NCBI GenBank assembly: GCA_040905815.1
Contig: JBBDQT010000001.1
Location: 1 to 57,575 of the forward strand
Direction: 5' to 3'
Source: Acidimicrobiales bacterium
GTDB taxonomy: Bacteria > Actinomycetota > Acidimicrobiia > Acidimicrobiales > CADCSY01
Length of the DNA stretch: 57,575 nt
Below, piece after piece: positions 1-9,230 of the stretch; position 1 is the stretch's first letter; every line of letters starts with the position of its first letter. The position numbers and the translations under genes are program-made. Under the pieces are notes generated by a model. That model saw only the letters and a program-made list of their open reading frames with translations, did not search any database and was not told where the DNA came from.

Positions 1-352
1 GGGCGATGCTGCCGCCGATCGTGCCGCGGTGGCGGACCTGGGGGTCGCCGACGAGCGAGGCGACGTGTCTGAGGATCGGGACCTCGACATCGAGGACGTC
101 GGAGGTCTCGAGGTCCCGGTGGCGGGTCAGTGAGCCGACGGCGATGTGGTCACCGGCGTCGCGGATGTAGGACAGCTCCTGCAGCCGGCCGACGTCAACG
201 AGGACGGACGGGGTCGCGAGGCGCAGCTTCATGAGCGGCAACAGCGAGTGTCCGCCGGCGAGGAGCTTGGCCTCGTCGCCGTGCTCTCCGAGGAGCGCGA
301 TCGCCTCCTCGGCGGAACCGGCGCGCTCGTAGTCGAAGGCGACCGGGATCAC
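1..352 (-). CDS. FAD-binding (medium) subunit of a CO-dehydrogenase/xanthine-dehydrogenase-family molybdoenzyme; N-terminal part only, gene runs off the window
   Basis: Hand translation of the minus strand from GTG at 352 gives [48 protein letters not shown]...[16 protein letters not shown]. This is a typical FAD_binding_5 N-terminus ([14 protein letters not shown]). GTGA overlap with the upstream 2Fe-2S subunit gene. Confidence 0.75.
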   Translation of the reverse strand, partial: MIPVAFDYERAGSAEEAIALLGEHGDEAKLLAGGHSLLPLMKLRLATPSVLVDVGRLQELSYIRDAGDHIAVGSLTRHRDLETSDVLDVEVPILRHVASLVGDPQVRHRGTIGGSIA

Positions 353-831
353 TGCACGCGCACCGGTGTGTCAGCCCCCTGGCCGCTCGCAGCCAGGACG
401 GCCCGCACGATGTTGTGGTAGCCGGTGCATCGGCAGAGGTTCCCCTCGAGCCCCTCCCGCACCTGCGCCTCGGTCGGCTCGGGGTTCTCCTCGAGCAGGC
501 TCGTGGCGGCCATGACCATGCCGGGTGTGCAGAAGCCGCACTGGAGGCCGTGCTGCTCCTGGAACGCGCGCTGCATGGGGTGCAAGCCGTCGGCGGTGGC
601 GAGCCCCTCGATCGTGGTGATGCTCGCCCCGTCGGCCTGCACGGCCAGCACGGTGCAGCTCTTGACCGCCTCGCCGTCGAGATGGATCGTGCACGCCCCG
701 CACGAGGAGGTGTCGCACCCGACGTTCGTGCCGGTGAGTCCGAGCGTCTCACGGAGGTGGTGGACGAGCAGCGTCCGTGGTTCGACCTCGTGCGACTCCG
801 CTCGGCCGTTGACCGTCATCGACACCTGCAT
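349..831 (-). CDS. (2Fe-2S)-binding small subunit of a CO-DH/xanthine-DH-family molybdoenzyme
   Basis: ORF 349..876. MQVSMTVNG..., [16 protein letters not shown] and [10 protein letters not shown]...[11 protein letters not shown] supply both [2Fe-2S] cysteine clusters. Start moved to ATG 831, which has a GGGGGA SD about 6 nt upstream. Confidence 0.9.
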   Translation of the reverse strand: MQVSMTVNGRAESHEVEPRTLLVHHLRETLGLTGTNVGCDTSSCGACTIHLDGEAVKSCTVLAVQADGASITTIEGLATADGLHPMQRAFQEQHGLQCGFCTPGMVMAATSLLEENPEPTEAQVREGLEGNLCRCTGYHNIVRAVLAASGQGADTPVRVQ

Positions 832-888
832 GGTGATCCCCCGTCCGAGATTGCCGCTCCCCGTTCCCGTCATCATGGCCCGCCCAGG

Positions 889-1710
889 CTACGGAATGAG
901 CTTGCGGAGGCCGCGGGCCGCCCACCAGGCCGAGAGCGCCATGGCGACGGTGATCGCCAGCAGGCCGCCCCAGCACTCCTCCCAGGTGACCTCGCCGAGG
1001 AAGCCGGAACGGGCGAGGCGCAGCACCGCGGTCATGGGGTTCACCCGGGCGACGTCCTGCAGCCAGCCGGTCATGGAGGCGATCGGGACCTGGGCCGTGG
1101 CGAGGAAGATCGTGAAGAAGACGCCGATCTGCATGATCGGTGCAGCCCGCTGGCTCCTGGTCCGGAACGCGATCCCCATGCACCAGAGGGCGAAGGTGAC
1201 GGCGGTGCCGCTCGCCGCCACGAGGAGCGCGACCAACCCGAGCGGGCCGCCGGTGAGACGGGCGCCGCCGGCGACGCCGACGATCAGCACGGCGACGAAC
1301 GGGAGGAGGGAGCGGGCGAAGGCGGCGATGGCGGGGCCGAGGAGCAGCGCGCTCCGGGAGGTCGGCGAGGTGAGGAACCGGTCGTAGAAGCCCGTCTCGA
1401 TGTCTCGGGCGGTGCCCACACCGATCCCGACGCCCGCGAACGCCGACGCCTGGAGGATCGACAGCGGCATGAACCAGTTGAGGATCCGGTCGGTCGGGAA
1501 CCCGGGCAGCTCCACGATCCCGTTGAACGCGCCGCTGAACGCGACGATCAGGAAGATCGGGAAGACGATCGACGGGATGAACGCCGAGGGCAGCCGGGTG
1601 ATGAGGATCAGGCTGCGGCGGGCGATCTCGAGCGCGACCGGGAGGGTTTGGGCCTGGCCCCCGAGGTTCGCCCTCGCCGGAGCAGGTGCCGGCGTCGCGG
1701 CCACGCTCAC
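889..1710 (-). CDS. ABC-2 type transporter permease
   Basis: ORF 889..1857 is a multi-TM protein paralogous to the gene upstream. Start set to GTG 1710, which forms a GTGA overlap with the stop of that gene. It lies downstream of a DrrA-like ATPase. Confidence 0.75.
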   Translation of the reverse strand: MSVAATPAPAPARANLGGQAQTLPVALEIARRSLILITRLPSAFIPSIVFPIFLIVAFSGAFNGIVELPGFPTDRILNWFMPLSILQASAFAGVGIGVGTARDIETGFYDRFLTSPTSRSALLLGPAIAAFARSLLPFVAVLIVGVAGGARLTGGPLGLVALLVAASGTAVTFALWCMGIAFRTRSQRAAPIMQIGVFFTIFLATAQVPIASMTGWLQDVARVNPMTAVLRLARSGFLGEVTWEECWGGLLAITVAMALSAWWAARGLRKLIP

Positions 1711-2537
1711 GAGGTGGAGGCCAGACGCTTGCGGAGCGAGCGCAGGGCGAGGGCGGTCCCGAGCACCGAGATCACCGCGGGCACGGCGATCGCAGTGGCC
1801 GCATCCCTGGTGTGCCAGCCCACGAGCACGAGGTGGCGCAGACCCTCGATCATCCACGTGATGGGGTTGTAGGTCGCGACCGCGTGGAACCAGCCTCGCA
1901 TGAGCTCACGGGGGAAGAAGGCGGCGCTCGCGAAGATCGAGATGAAGATCAACGGGAACGCGCTCTGCACCGCCTCGACCGAGCCGCTCCGGAGCGCCAG
2001 CGCCGACGCGACGGCACCGAGCCCGATCGCGAGCAGCACGGCGACCACCGGCAGTACGAGCATGCCACCGACGCCGGCCTTGACCTCGGCGCCGAAGGCG
2101 CTGAAGACGACGACGAAGACGACGGCCTGGATGGCCCCGAGCACCGCAGCACCGGCGAGGCGGCCGACGAGGATCGCCGAGCGCGCCACCGGCGAGGCGA
2201 TGAGCCGGTCGAAGAAGCCGCTCTCGATGTCGTGGGCGAGCTCGGAGGCGGCGCCGAGCGACCCGAAGAGCACGGCCTGGGTCAAGGTGGCGGGGAAGAG
2301 GAAGTCGAGGAACGAGTCGGCGGCCGGGAAGCCGGGCACCTCGACGGCGCGCCCGAGGGCGGCGGTGCTCAGCGCCGCGAAGAAGAGCGGGAAGACCAGG
2401 GAGGGGATCCACACCTGCGGCGCTCGGAACAGCCCCCGCACGGCCCGTCCCGACAGGGCTCGCGCCTGGGCCGCAGGGTGCAGCGCCCGCTCGTGCTCGT
2501 GCCCGAGACCGAGCGCTGCCGAGGTCTGGAGCGTCAT
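1707..2537 (-). CDS. ABC-2 type transporter permease
   Basis: ORF 1707..2537 (276 aa) has 6 predicted hydrophobic segments. Its start overlaps the ATPase stop by 4 nt. Confidence 0.75.
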   Translation of the reverse strand: MTLQTSAALGLGHEHERALHPAAQARALSGRAVRGLFRAPQVWIPSLVFPLFFAALSTAALGRAVEVPGFPAADSFLDFLFPATLTQAVLFGSLGAASELAHDIESGFFDRLIASPVARSAILVGRLAGAAVLGAIQAVVFVVVFSAFGAEVKAGVGGMLVLPVVAVLLAIGLGAVASALALRSGSVEAVQSAFPLIFISIFASAAFFPRELMRGWFHAVATYNPITWMIEGLRHLVLVGWHTRDAATAIAVPAVISVLGTALALRSLRKRLASTS

Positions 2538-3505
2538 GCCGCACCCTCGGCCGGCGCCTCGGGCTCGGCGCCCTCGAGGCGACGTCCGGTGGCGTCGGCG
2601 AAGACGTCGTCGAGCGTGGGCTGGTGGAGCTCCATCGACTCGACGTCCGCCCTCACCTCGTCGAGGGCGCGCACCACGGCTGCCATCTGGCCGGCGCCGC
2701 CTTCGAGGCCGACGGCGAGCACGCCGGGACGGGTGGGGCGCTCCTCACCGAACGCCGCCAGCGCGGCGCGGGCCAGCTCGGTGTGCTCGGGCATGACCTG
2801 CACCCGCAGGGTGGGCGACCCGACGGCCGCCTTGAGCGCCGCCGGCTCCCCCTCGCGGACGATGCGGCCACCGTCGATGATGGCGATGCGACCGGCCAGC
2901 TGGTCGGCCTCCTCGAGGTACTGGGTGGTGAGGAACACCGTGGTGCCGCGCTCGGTGTTGAGCGAGCGCACCTCCTCCCACAGGTTCACCCGGCTCATCG
3001 GATCGAGGCCGGTGGTGGGTTCGTCGAGGAACAGCACCTCCGGCTCGTGGACGAGCGAGAGGGCGAGATCGAGCCGGCGACGCATCCCACCGGAGTACGT
3101 GCCGACCCGGCGGTCGCCGGCGGCGGTGAGCCCGACTCGCTCGAGCAGCTCCGCACCTCTCTGCCGACCCGCGGTCCGGGCGAGCCCGTGGAGGGTCGCC
3201 TGCAGCCGCAGGAGCTCGTTGCCGGTCATGAGCGGGTCGATGGCGGCGTCCTGCAACGCCACGCCGATCGCACGCCTCACCTGCGCCGCCTGCGTCCGGA
3301 CGTCGAAGCCCGCAACCCGCGCCACCCCGTCCGATGGGGTCAACAGCGTGACGAGCATGCGCACCGTCGTCGACTTGCCAGCGCCGTTGGGGCCGAGGAA
3401 GCCGAAGACCTCGCCGGCCTGGACGACGAGGTCGACGCCGTCGACGGCGACGAGGTCGCCGAAGCGACGGACGAGGCCCTCCGCCTCGACCGGGAGCGCG
3501 CCCAT
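2534..3505 (-). CDS. ABC transporter ATP-binding protein (DrrA/ABC-2 exporter type)
   Basis: Lower part of ORF 2534..4654. It starts MGALPVEAEGLVRRFG at ATG 3505 (ATGA overlap with the ccmH stop). Walker A GPNGAGKSTT, signature YSGGMRRRLDLAL, Walker B LFLDEPTTGLD. Confidence 0.9.
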   Translation of the reverse strand: MGALPVEAEGLVRRFGDLVAVDGVDLVVQAGEVFGFLGPNGAGKSTTVRMLVTLLTPSDGVARVAGFDVRTQAAQVRRAIGVALQDAAIDPLMTGNELLRLQATLHGLARTAGRQRGAELLERVGLTAAGDRRVGTYSGGMRRRLDLALSLVHEPEVLFLDEPTTGLDPMSRVNLWEEVRSLNTERGTTVFLTTQYLEEADQLAGRIAIIDGGRIVREGEPAALKAAVGSPTLRVQVMPEHTELARAALAAFGEERPTRPGVLAVGLEGGAGQMAAVVRALDEVRADVESMELHQPTLDDVFADATGRRLEGAEPEAPAEGAA

Positions 3506-4470
3506 CAGCCCGTCCCGTCGTCCGTGCCGGCCTGGCCCAGGAACCGCTCGATCGTCTGGCGGAGCGCGGGCGGGGGGCGGGAGGCGAGCGCCTCCTCCAG
3601 GGTCTCGGCCGCTGCGCCCTCGTCGCCCTCGAGGCGCTGGATCAGCCCGAGGTAGAACAGCGAGCGGGGGTTCCCCGGGTCGACCTCCAACGCCCGCTCG
3701 ACCGAGGATCTCCCTTCGGGGAGGAGCTGGGGCAGTTCGGCGGCCTCGCTGAGCGACGCCAGCAGCAACCCCCGCTCGGCGAGCGCCTCCACGTTGGCCG
3801 GGTCGTCTTCGAGCACGCCGTCGTACAGCTCGAGCGCGCCCCGCACGTCGCCGCCACGAGCGAGATCCGACGCCTCCTGGAGGCGGTCGTCGGTGAGGTC
3901 TCGGATCTCGCCGCTGGCCGTCTCGCCGGCGTGGCGGGTGCCGGACGCGTTGGCGACCGCGACGCCGGCGGCGAGCCCGACCGCGACCACACCCAGCGCG
4001 CCGAGGGCGAGGCGTGCACGCTTCGGTGCCTCCTGCCCGGCGCCGAGGACGCGGTCGTCGTCGGTGGCGAGGTCGGCGGGGACCGTGCGCCACCGCCGGA
4101 ACGCCATGGCCAGGCCACCGGCAGCGAAGACGAGGGCGGCGACAGGCAGGACCCACACCAGCCCGGCGACGCCCGAGGCGGGCGGGTTCAACAGGATGCC
4201 CTCGCCGTACGCGGCGACGAGCGACGCCTTGATCCGGTCGTCGGACTCCCCGGCGGCGACGCGCCGGTCGATCTCGGCGCGGATCTGCTCGGCGGCGGGG
4301 GCGTCGGAGGCGGCGACGGACTGGCCGGCGCACGTCGGGCAGCGGACGCTGGCGGCGATGGCCTGCGCACGCTCTGGGTCGCTGCGGGGCCCGTCGGACC
4401 CGGAGGCGCCGACGGCGAGGGCGACGACCACGATCGCGACCGGGAGCGCGATGCGCAGCGCCCGCCTCAC
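3505..4470 (-). CDS. ccmH: Cytochrome c maturation protein CcmH fused to a TPR-like CcmI-type C-terminal domain
   Basis: ORF 3505..4470. Signal/TM segment, then the VRCPTCAGQSV (LRCxxC) motif, a second TM and helical TPR-like repeats. Last gene of the ccm operon. Confidence 0.8.
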   Translation of the reverse strand: MRRALRIALPVAIVVVALAVGASGSDGPRSDPERAQAIAASVRCPTCAGQSVAASDAPAAEQIRAEIDRRVAAGESDDRIKASLVAAYGEGILLNPPASGVAGLVWVLPVAALVFAAGGLAMAFRRWRTVPADLATDDDRVLGAGQEAPKRARLALGALGVVAVGLAAGVAVANASGTRHAGETASGEIRDLTDDRLQEASDLARGGDVRGALELYDGVLEDDPANVEALAERGLLLASLSEAAELPQLLPEGRSSVERALEVDPGNPRSLFYLGLIQRLEGDEGAAAETLEEALASRPPPALRQTIERFLGQAGTDDGTG

Positions 4471-5093
4471 GAGCCGGGACCCTGCGGTCCGCCCTGCGCC
4501 CGCTCGAGGAGGTCCTCGAGGCCCTCGGCCGTGATCCCTCCGATGATCTTGGCGACCACGACGCCACCGGGATCGACGAGGTAGGACTCCGGCACGCCGG
4601 TGACCCCCCAGGCGGGGACGATGCCGGTGGTGTCGTCGATGACGGCCCAGTCACCCCCGCGCTGGGCGAAGAAGCGCTCGACGTCGTCGGGCTGGTCGCT
4701 GAACACGACGCTCACGACCCGGGCGTCATCTGCTGCCTCGTGGGCGGCGGCGAAGCGCACGAGGTCCGGGTGCTCGGCGCGGCAAGGCTCGCACCAGGTG
4801 GCGAAGAAGTTGACGACGACCCAACGGCCCCGCTCGTCACGGAGGTCGAACCGTTCGCCCGAGAGCAGCGACGTGCCCTCGATGGCCGGGGCCCGGCGCC
4901 CGAGGAGCGGGCTGTCGGCGAGCCGCGAGCTCGACGGCTCGCTCATGGCGAGCACGGCGATGAGGACCACGAGGACGACCCCGACGGCCAGGGCCGTGAC
5001 GAGCGCCGTGCGGCCCCGGCGGGGGGACAGCACCTCGTCGTCATCGTCGCGCGGGTGGATGGCGAGGTCCTCCTCCGGGTGCCCGAGCGCCAC
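4467..5093 (-). CDS. ccmG: Thiol:disulfide oxidoreductase CcmG/DsbE (TlpA-like thioredoxin)
   Basis: ORF 4467..5093. N-terminal TM anchor and FFATWCEPCRAEHPDL (WCxxC thioredoxin motif). Lies between ccmF and ccmH. Confidence 0.85.
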   Translation of the reverse strand: MALGHPEEDLAIHPRDDDDEVLSPRRGRTALVTALAVGVVLVVLIAVLAMSEPSSSRLADSPLLGRRAPAIEGTSLLSGERFDLRDERGRWVVVNFFATWCEPCRAEHPDLVRFAAAHEAADDARVVSVVFSDQPDDVERFFAQRGGDWAVIDDTTGIVPAWGVTGVPESYLVDPGGVVVAKIIGGITAEGLEDLLERAQGGPQGPGS

Positions 5094-5094
5094 G

Positions 5095-7143
5095 TCAGCG
5101 CACCCCCGTCGGCACTCGTTCGGCGTCGTCCGCGGCCAGTGGCGTGCCGGCCTCCTCGGGCGTGCCGGCGGGCAGCACGGCCTGACCGGCAGGGCGTCGG
5201 CGTCGCGTGGGCCACGCCGCCAGGAGCGTGCCGGCGGCCATGATCCCGCCGCCGACCCACAACCAGGAGGCGAGCGGCTCGATGATGACGCCGAGCACGA
5301 TCGGCCCGCCCTCGCGCTCGGGGACGGCGACGAGCGTGAGGTACACGTCGTCCACGGCGCCGACCCGGACCGACGGCGTGCCGATCGTCTGCGTCGCGTT
5401 CGGGAACTGGTTCAGGGCCGGCTCGTACACCTGCCCGCCGTCGACGCGGACGCGCGCGCTGACGAGCGTGCGCTGGGGCGAGACCTGCGGCTCGTTCATT
5501 CCCTCGTACGTGACGGTGTGGCCCGCGATCGACGCGGAGGCACCCTCGGTGAGGGTGAAGGTCGCGCTCGTCGTGTACGAGGAGGCGGCCGTGAAGGCGA
5601 CCGCCACCACGACCACGCCGACGTGCACGATCATCCCGCCGTTCGAGCGCCCGACGAAGGCGCGCAGCAGTGAGGCGCCCTCCCGGCGGGCGGCGGCCAC
5701 GGCGACCACGAGCTGGCGGACGGCGGCGGCCGCGGCGAAGCCCCCGAGGCCGAACGCGAGCAGCGGCGAGATGCCCCGGGCGCCGACCGCCACCGCGGTC
5801 ACGAGGGTGGCGACGCCGACCCACATCGGCCACCGGAGCCGGTGCCACAACAGCTCGCCCGACGCCTTGCGCCACGGCAGGGCGGGTGCGACCGCCATGA
5901 GGAACAGCAGGGCGAGGCCGATCGGCGCCGTCATGCGGTTGAAGTACGGCGTGCCCACCGAGATGCGCTCGTCGTTGACCGCCTCCACGACGAGGGGGAA
6001 CACGGTGCCGAGGAGGACGACGAACGCGAAGGCGGCGAAGAGCAGGTTGTTGAGGAGGAACGCGCCCTCCCGTGACACCGGCGAATCGATGCTGCCGGGC
6101 GAGCGGAGGCGGTCGCCGCGCCAGCCGATCAGGCCGATGGTGACGACGACGGTGGCGGCGAACGCGCCGAGCAGCCACATCCCGATGGGCGACTCGGTGA
6201 AGCTGTGCACGCTGTCGAGGACGCCCGACCGGGTGAGGAACGTGCCGAGGATGGTGAGGCTGAACGTCGCCAGCAGCAGCGACAGGTTCCACACCCGGAG
6301 CATCCCGCGCCGCTCCTGGACCATCACCGAGTGCAGGTACGCGGTGCCGGTCAGCCACGGCAGGAACGACGCGTTCTCCACGGGGTCCCACGCCCAGAAG
6401 CCGCCCCACCCGAGGACCTCGTAGGACCACCACGCGCCGAGGACGATGCCGACCGTGAGGAACCCCCAGGCGAGAAGCGTCCACCGACGGGTCGCCGCCA
6501 GCCAGCCCTCGCCCAGCCGGCCCGTCACGAGGGCGGCCACCGCGAACGCGAACGGGACGGTGAAGCCGACGTAGCCGAGGTAGAGCATCGGCGGGTGGAT
6601 CGCCATGAGCGGGTGGTTCTGCAACAGGGGGTTCGGGCCGGGCCCGTCGGTCGGGATGGCGCCGGCGACGGTCGTGAACGGGTTGGCCGGTCCCGCCATC
6701 AACAGGAAGAAGAACGCGCAGACGACGAGCATGACGAGCGTCGCCCACCCCACGAGGGGGTCGGTGAGCCGGTCCCTGAACTTGACCACCACCCCGACCG
6801 TGAACCCGGCGAGGACAAGGCTCCAGAGGATGATCGACCCCTCGAGGGCGGCCCACAGGGTCGCCACGTTGTAGAGGGCGGGCGTGGCGGTGCTGCCGTT
6901 GCTCGCCACGTACGAGAGGGAGAAGTCCCGGGTGATGAGGGCGCGCTCCATGGCGACGGTGGCGAGCACGGCGCCGGCGAGGACGAGCGATGCGTAGGAC
7001 CGTCCGAGGCGGAGCAGGGCGGACCGCTTGCGGCGGAGGCCCACGGCGAGGGTGAGGATGCCGATGAGGGAAGCGGCGAGGCCGAGGGCGACGCCGGCGG
7101 TGCCGAGAGCTGCGTTCACGAGCGCGCCGCCTCCCCCGGGCAC
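5095..7143 (-). CDS. ccmF: Cytochrome c heme lyase subunit CcmF
   Basis: ORF 5095..7143 (682 aa), polytopic. Tryptophan-rich WWD motif WWSYEVLGWGGFWAWDPVENASFLPWL. The start may be a few codons downstream, because it overlaps the ccmE end by 28 nt. Confidence 0.9.
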   Translation of the reverse strand: MPGGGGALVNAALGTAGVALGLAASLIGILTLAVGLRRKRSALLRLGRSYASLVLAGAVLATVAMERALITRDFSLSYVASNGSTATPALYNVATLWAALEGSIILWSLVLAGFTVGVVVKFRDRLTDPLVGWATLVMLVVCAFFFLLMAGPANPFTTVAGAIPTDGPGPNPLLQNHPLMAIHPPMLYLGYVGFTVPFAFAVAALVTGRLGEGWLAATRRWTLLAWGFLTVGIVLGAWWSYEVLGWGGFWAWDPVENASFLPWLTGTAYLHSVMVQERRGMLRVWNLSLLLATFSLTILGTFLTRSGVLDSVHSFTESPIGMWLLGAFAATVVVTIGLIGWRGDRLRSPGSIDSPVSREGAFLLNNLLFAAFAFVVLLGTVFPLVVEAVNDERISVGTPYFNRMTAPIGLALLFLMAVAPALPWRKASGELLWHRLRWPMWVGVATLVTAVAVGARGISPLLAFGLGGFAAAAAVRQLVVAVAAARREGASLLRAFVGRSNGGMIVHVGVVVVAVAFTAASSYTTSATFTLTEGASASIAGHTVTYEGMNEPQVSPQRTLVSARVRVDGGQVYEPALNQFPNATQTIGTPSVRVGAVDDVYLTLVAVPEREGGPIVLGVIIEPLASWLWVGGGIMAAGTLLAAWPTRRRRPAGQAVLPAGTPEEAGTPLAADDAERVPTGVR

Positions 7144-7658
7144 TGCTCCAGCTTTGCCAGCTCGAGGCGGTCCGCCTCCTCGGTCCGGTACTCCGAGGTG
7201 TGGCGCACGAGGATCCGGTCGCTCTCGTACACGAGCCCGCCACCGGCGTAAGAGCCTTCGAGAACCACCGGGATGCCCTCCCTGAACAGCTCGGGCGGGT
7301 CGCCGCGGTGGCGGACGGGCACGAAGGCGCAGTCGTAGGCCACCTGGAACACGACCGCCTCGCCGTCCTGGCGGACCGATCCCTCGACCACCGTGCCCTG
7401 GAGGCGGAACCGGTCGTCACCGAGGCGCGCCCGGTCTGCGACAGCCTCGTCGGCGTTGCGGAAGTACGTCGTGGCCGAGCCGAGGCCCTGAAGCAGCAGG
7501 AAGGCGATGGCGCCGGCGATGACGGCGACGACGAGGCCGAGCCTGAGCCGGTTCCGCTCGAAGGTCCGACCGCGTCGCGCCCGGCCCGCCTCGGCGAAGG
7601 GTCGGATGTCGTCGTCGTCGCGGTCGACGTCGAGGTCATCGCTTCCGGGCAGTGTCAT
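7116..7658 (-). CDS. ccmE: Heme chaperone CcmE
   Basis: ORF 7116..7658. Single N-terminal TM, OB-fold-like core (RFRLQGTVVEGSV) and heme-binding HxxxY motif VRHTSEY near the C-terminus. Confidence 0.85.
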   Translation of the reverse strand: MTLPGSDDLDVDRDDDDIRPFAEAGRARRGRTFERNRLRLGLVVAVIAGAIAFLLLQGLGSATTYFRNADEAVADRARLGDDRFRLQGTVVEGSVRQDGEAVVFQVAYDCAFVPVRHRGDPPELFREGIPVVLEGSYAGGGLVYESDRILVRHTSEYRTEEADRLELAKLEQCPGEAARS

Positions 7659-7783
7659 CGAGGCGCGTCCCCGATGTCGGTGATGCGCCCCCGCAGCTGG
7701 CGGGCGCGCCGGAGCACGTGGAGGGCGTAGGCACCGAGGCCCAAGAGGGTGATGCCGTAGCCGGCGGCGACGTAACCGTTCAT
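7655..7783 (-). CDS. ccmD: Heme exporter protein D (CcmD), 42-aa single-TM protein
   Basis: Not in the ORF track because it is too short. Hand translation gives MNGYVAAGYGITLLGLGAYALHVLRRARQLRGRITDIGDAPR. ATGA overlaps at both ends (ccmC stop, ccmE start). Position between ccmC and ccmE is canonical. Confidence 0.55.
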   Translation of the reverse strand: MNGYVAAGYGITLLGLGAYALHVLRRARQLRGRITDIGDAPR

Positions 7784-8559
7784 GCCAGCCCCTCGGCGCG
7801 CCGCTCGACGATCGCCTCCCGCAGGGCGGCGTCAGCCTCGGCGTCCTCCAGCCTCGCCACCCTGACGCGGTGGACGGTGAGCCACGCGTACACGAGGGTC
7901 ATGGCGAGGAAGCCCATCGCCATGGCGCCGATGAAGCCTCCGTCGAGGTCGTTCTCGGGAGTGAGCTGGGCGAGGGAGCGACCCTGGTGCAGGGTGCGCC
8001 ACCACTCCACCGCGAAGTGGTTGATCGGGATGATGAGGACGGCGAGCAGGGCGACGACGGCCGAGCGCGCTGCCCGCACGTCGGTGGCGGCGGGGACGCG
8101 GCGCAGCGCCAGGTACCCGAGGTAGACGGCGAGCATCAGGGCCGACAGCGTGAGCCTGGCGTCCCAGACCCACCACACCCCCCACGTCGGGCGGCCCCAG
8201 ATGGAGCCCGTGACGAGGGTGAGCGCGATGAACACGACGCCGACCTCCGCCGAGGCGCCGGCCAGGTGATCCCACGCCAGCCGGCGCGTCCTCGGGAGGA
8301 GCCAGGCGGCGCTGGCGAGCGCGGTGACGCCGAACGCCACGTACGAGGCCCACGCCAGGCCGGGGTGGATGGCGATGAGACGCGCGTAGCCTCCCTGCTC
8401 CACCGTGTCGGGCAGTGCCAGGCCGAGTGCGCAGGTCGCGCCGAGCGCCAGGCCCGCGGCGATGCCGAGGGCGAGGGTCAGCGCGCTGCCGGGCGGCGTC
8501 GGCCGCTCGGCCGGCGTTCGCTGCTCGGCGCCGGTCGTGATCGGTGCGGTGGCGGTCAT
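7780..8559 (-). CDS. ccmC: Heme exporter protein CcmC
   Basis: ORF 7780..8559. 6-TM protein with WWD motif GSIWGRPTWGVWWVWDARLT. Confidence 0.9.
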   Translation of the reverse strand: MTATAPITTGAEQRTPAERPTPPGSALTLALGIAAGLALGATCALGLALPDTVEQGGYARLIAIHPGLAWASYVAFGVTALASAAWLLPRTRRLAWDHLAGASAEVGVVFIALTLVTGSIWGRPTWGVWWVWDARLTLSALMLAVYLGYLALRRVPAATDVRAARSAVVALLAVLIIPINHFAVEWWRTLHQGRSLAQLTPENDLDGGFIGAMAMGFLAMTLVYAWLTVHRVRVARLEDAEADAALREAIVERRAEGLA

Positions 8560-9230
8560 GCATCCTCCAGCAGCGGGCCGAAGGCGACCACGCCGAACCC
8601 CAGGTAGACCACGGTGAACGTGGCGAGCAGGGCGAGCCAGCTCCCGGCGGGGACACCGGACGACACCCCGGACAGGGCCGTCTCCGAGGCCCGGGTGGCG
8701 GCGATCAGGACGGGGGCGAGCACCGGCAGGAGGAGCAGGGGCAGGAGCGTCTCCCGCACCCGCAAACCGGCGGCGATGACCCCGTACAGCGTACCGGCGG
8801 CCGCCATGCCCGGGGTCGCGACGAGCGCGGTCACCGCCAGCAGTCCGAGTCCGGCCGGCTCGACGCCGTACAGGACCACCACGCCCACCGCGAGCAGGAC
8901 CTCGAGCACGAGCAGCTGCAGCGCGACCGCGCCCGCCTTGCCCAGGAACACGCCCGCCGGGTCGAGCCCGGAGAGGCGCACGGCGTCGCGCGTCCCCTCC
9001 CCCGACTCGATCGCCTGGGAGCGCTGGACGGCGAGGAGGGCCGAGAACAGCACCGCCAGCCAGTAGAGGCCGGCGGCGGCGGTGAGGAGCACGCCCCGGT
9101 CAGGGTCGAGCGCGAAGGCGAAGAGCACGAGGACGAGGAGCGCGAACGGGAGCACCTGGTTGAGGGCGACGTGGGAGCGGCCCTCGATCCGGAGGTCCTT
9201 GCCGGCGACGAGAAGCGCGTCACGCCACAC
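8556..9230 (-). CDS. ccmB: Heme exporter permease CcmB
   Basis: ORF 8556..9230. 6-TM protein between ccmA and ccmC, with overlapping boundaries. Confidence 0.8.
   Translation of the reverse strand: MWRDALLVAGKDLRIEGRSHVALNQVLPFALLVLVLFAFALDPDRGVLLTAAAGLYWLAVLFSALLAVQRSQAIESGEGTRDAVRLSGLDPAGVFLGKAGAVALQLLVLEVLLAVGVVVLYGVEPAGLGLLAVTALVATPGMAAAGTLYGVIAAGLRVRETLLPLLLLPVLAPVLIAATRASETALSGVSSGVPAGSWLALLATFTVVYLGFGVVAFGPLLEDA

Noticed and set aside
2534-4654. Single 706-aa ORF spanning the ABC ATPase and ccmH regions
   Set aside because: The upper part is a shadow frame over ccmH/ccmG. The recognisable ATPase starts at ATG 3505 on an ATGA overlap with the ccmH stop.
4943-7639. 898-aa minus-strand ORF, with similar very long Arg/Pro/Ala-rich ORFs at 1686..3752, 25385..27736, 30137..32293, 41075..43303 and 48286..50121
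   Set aside because: These are out-of-frame or antisense shadows of well-supported genes (ccmF, ABC ATPase, flhA, fliPQR, fliFG, fliD). Their RPGA-rich composition is the usual artefact of open alternative frames in very GC-rich DNA.
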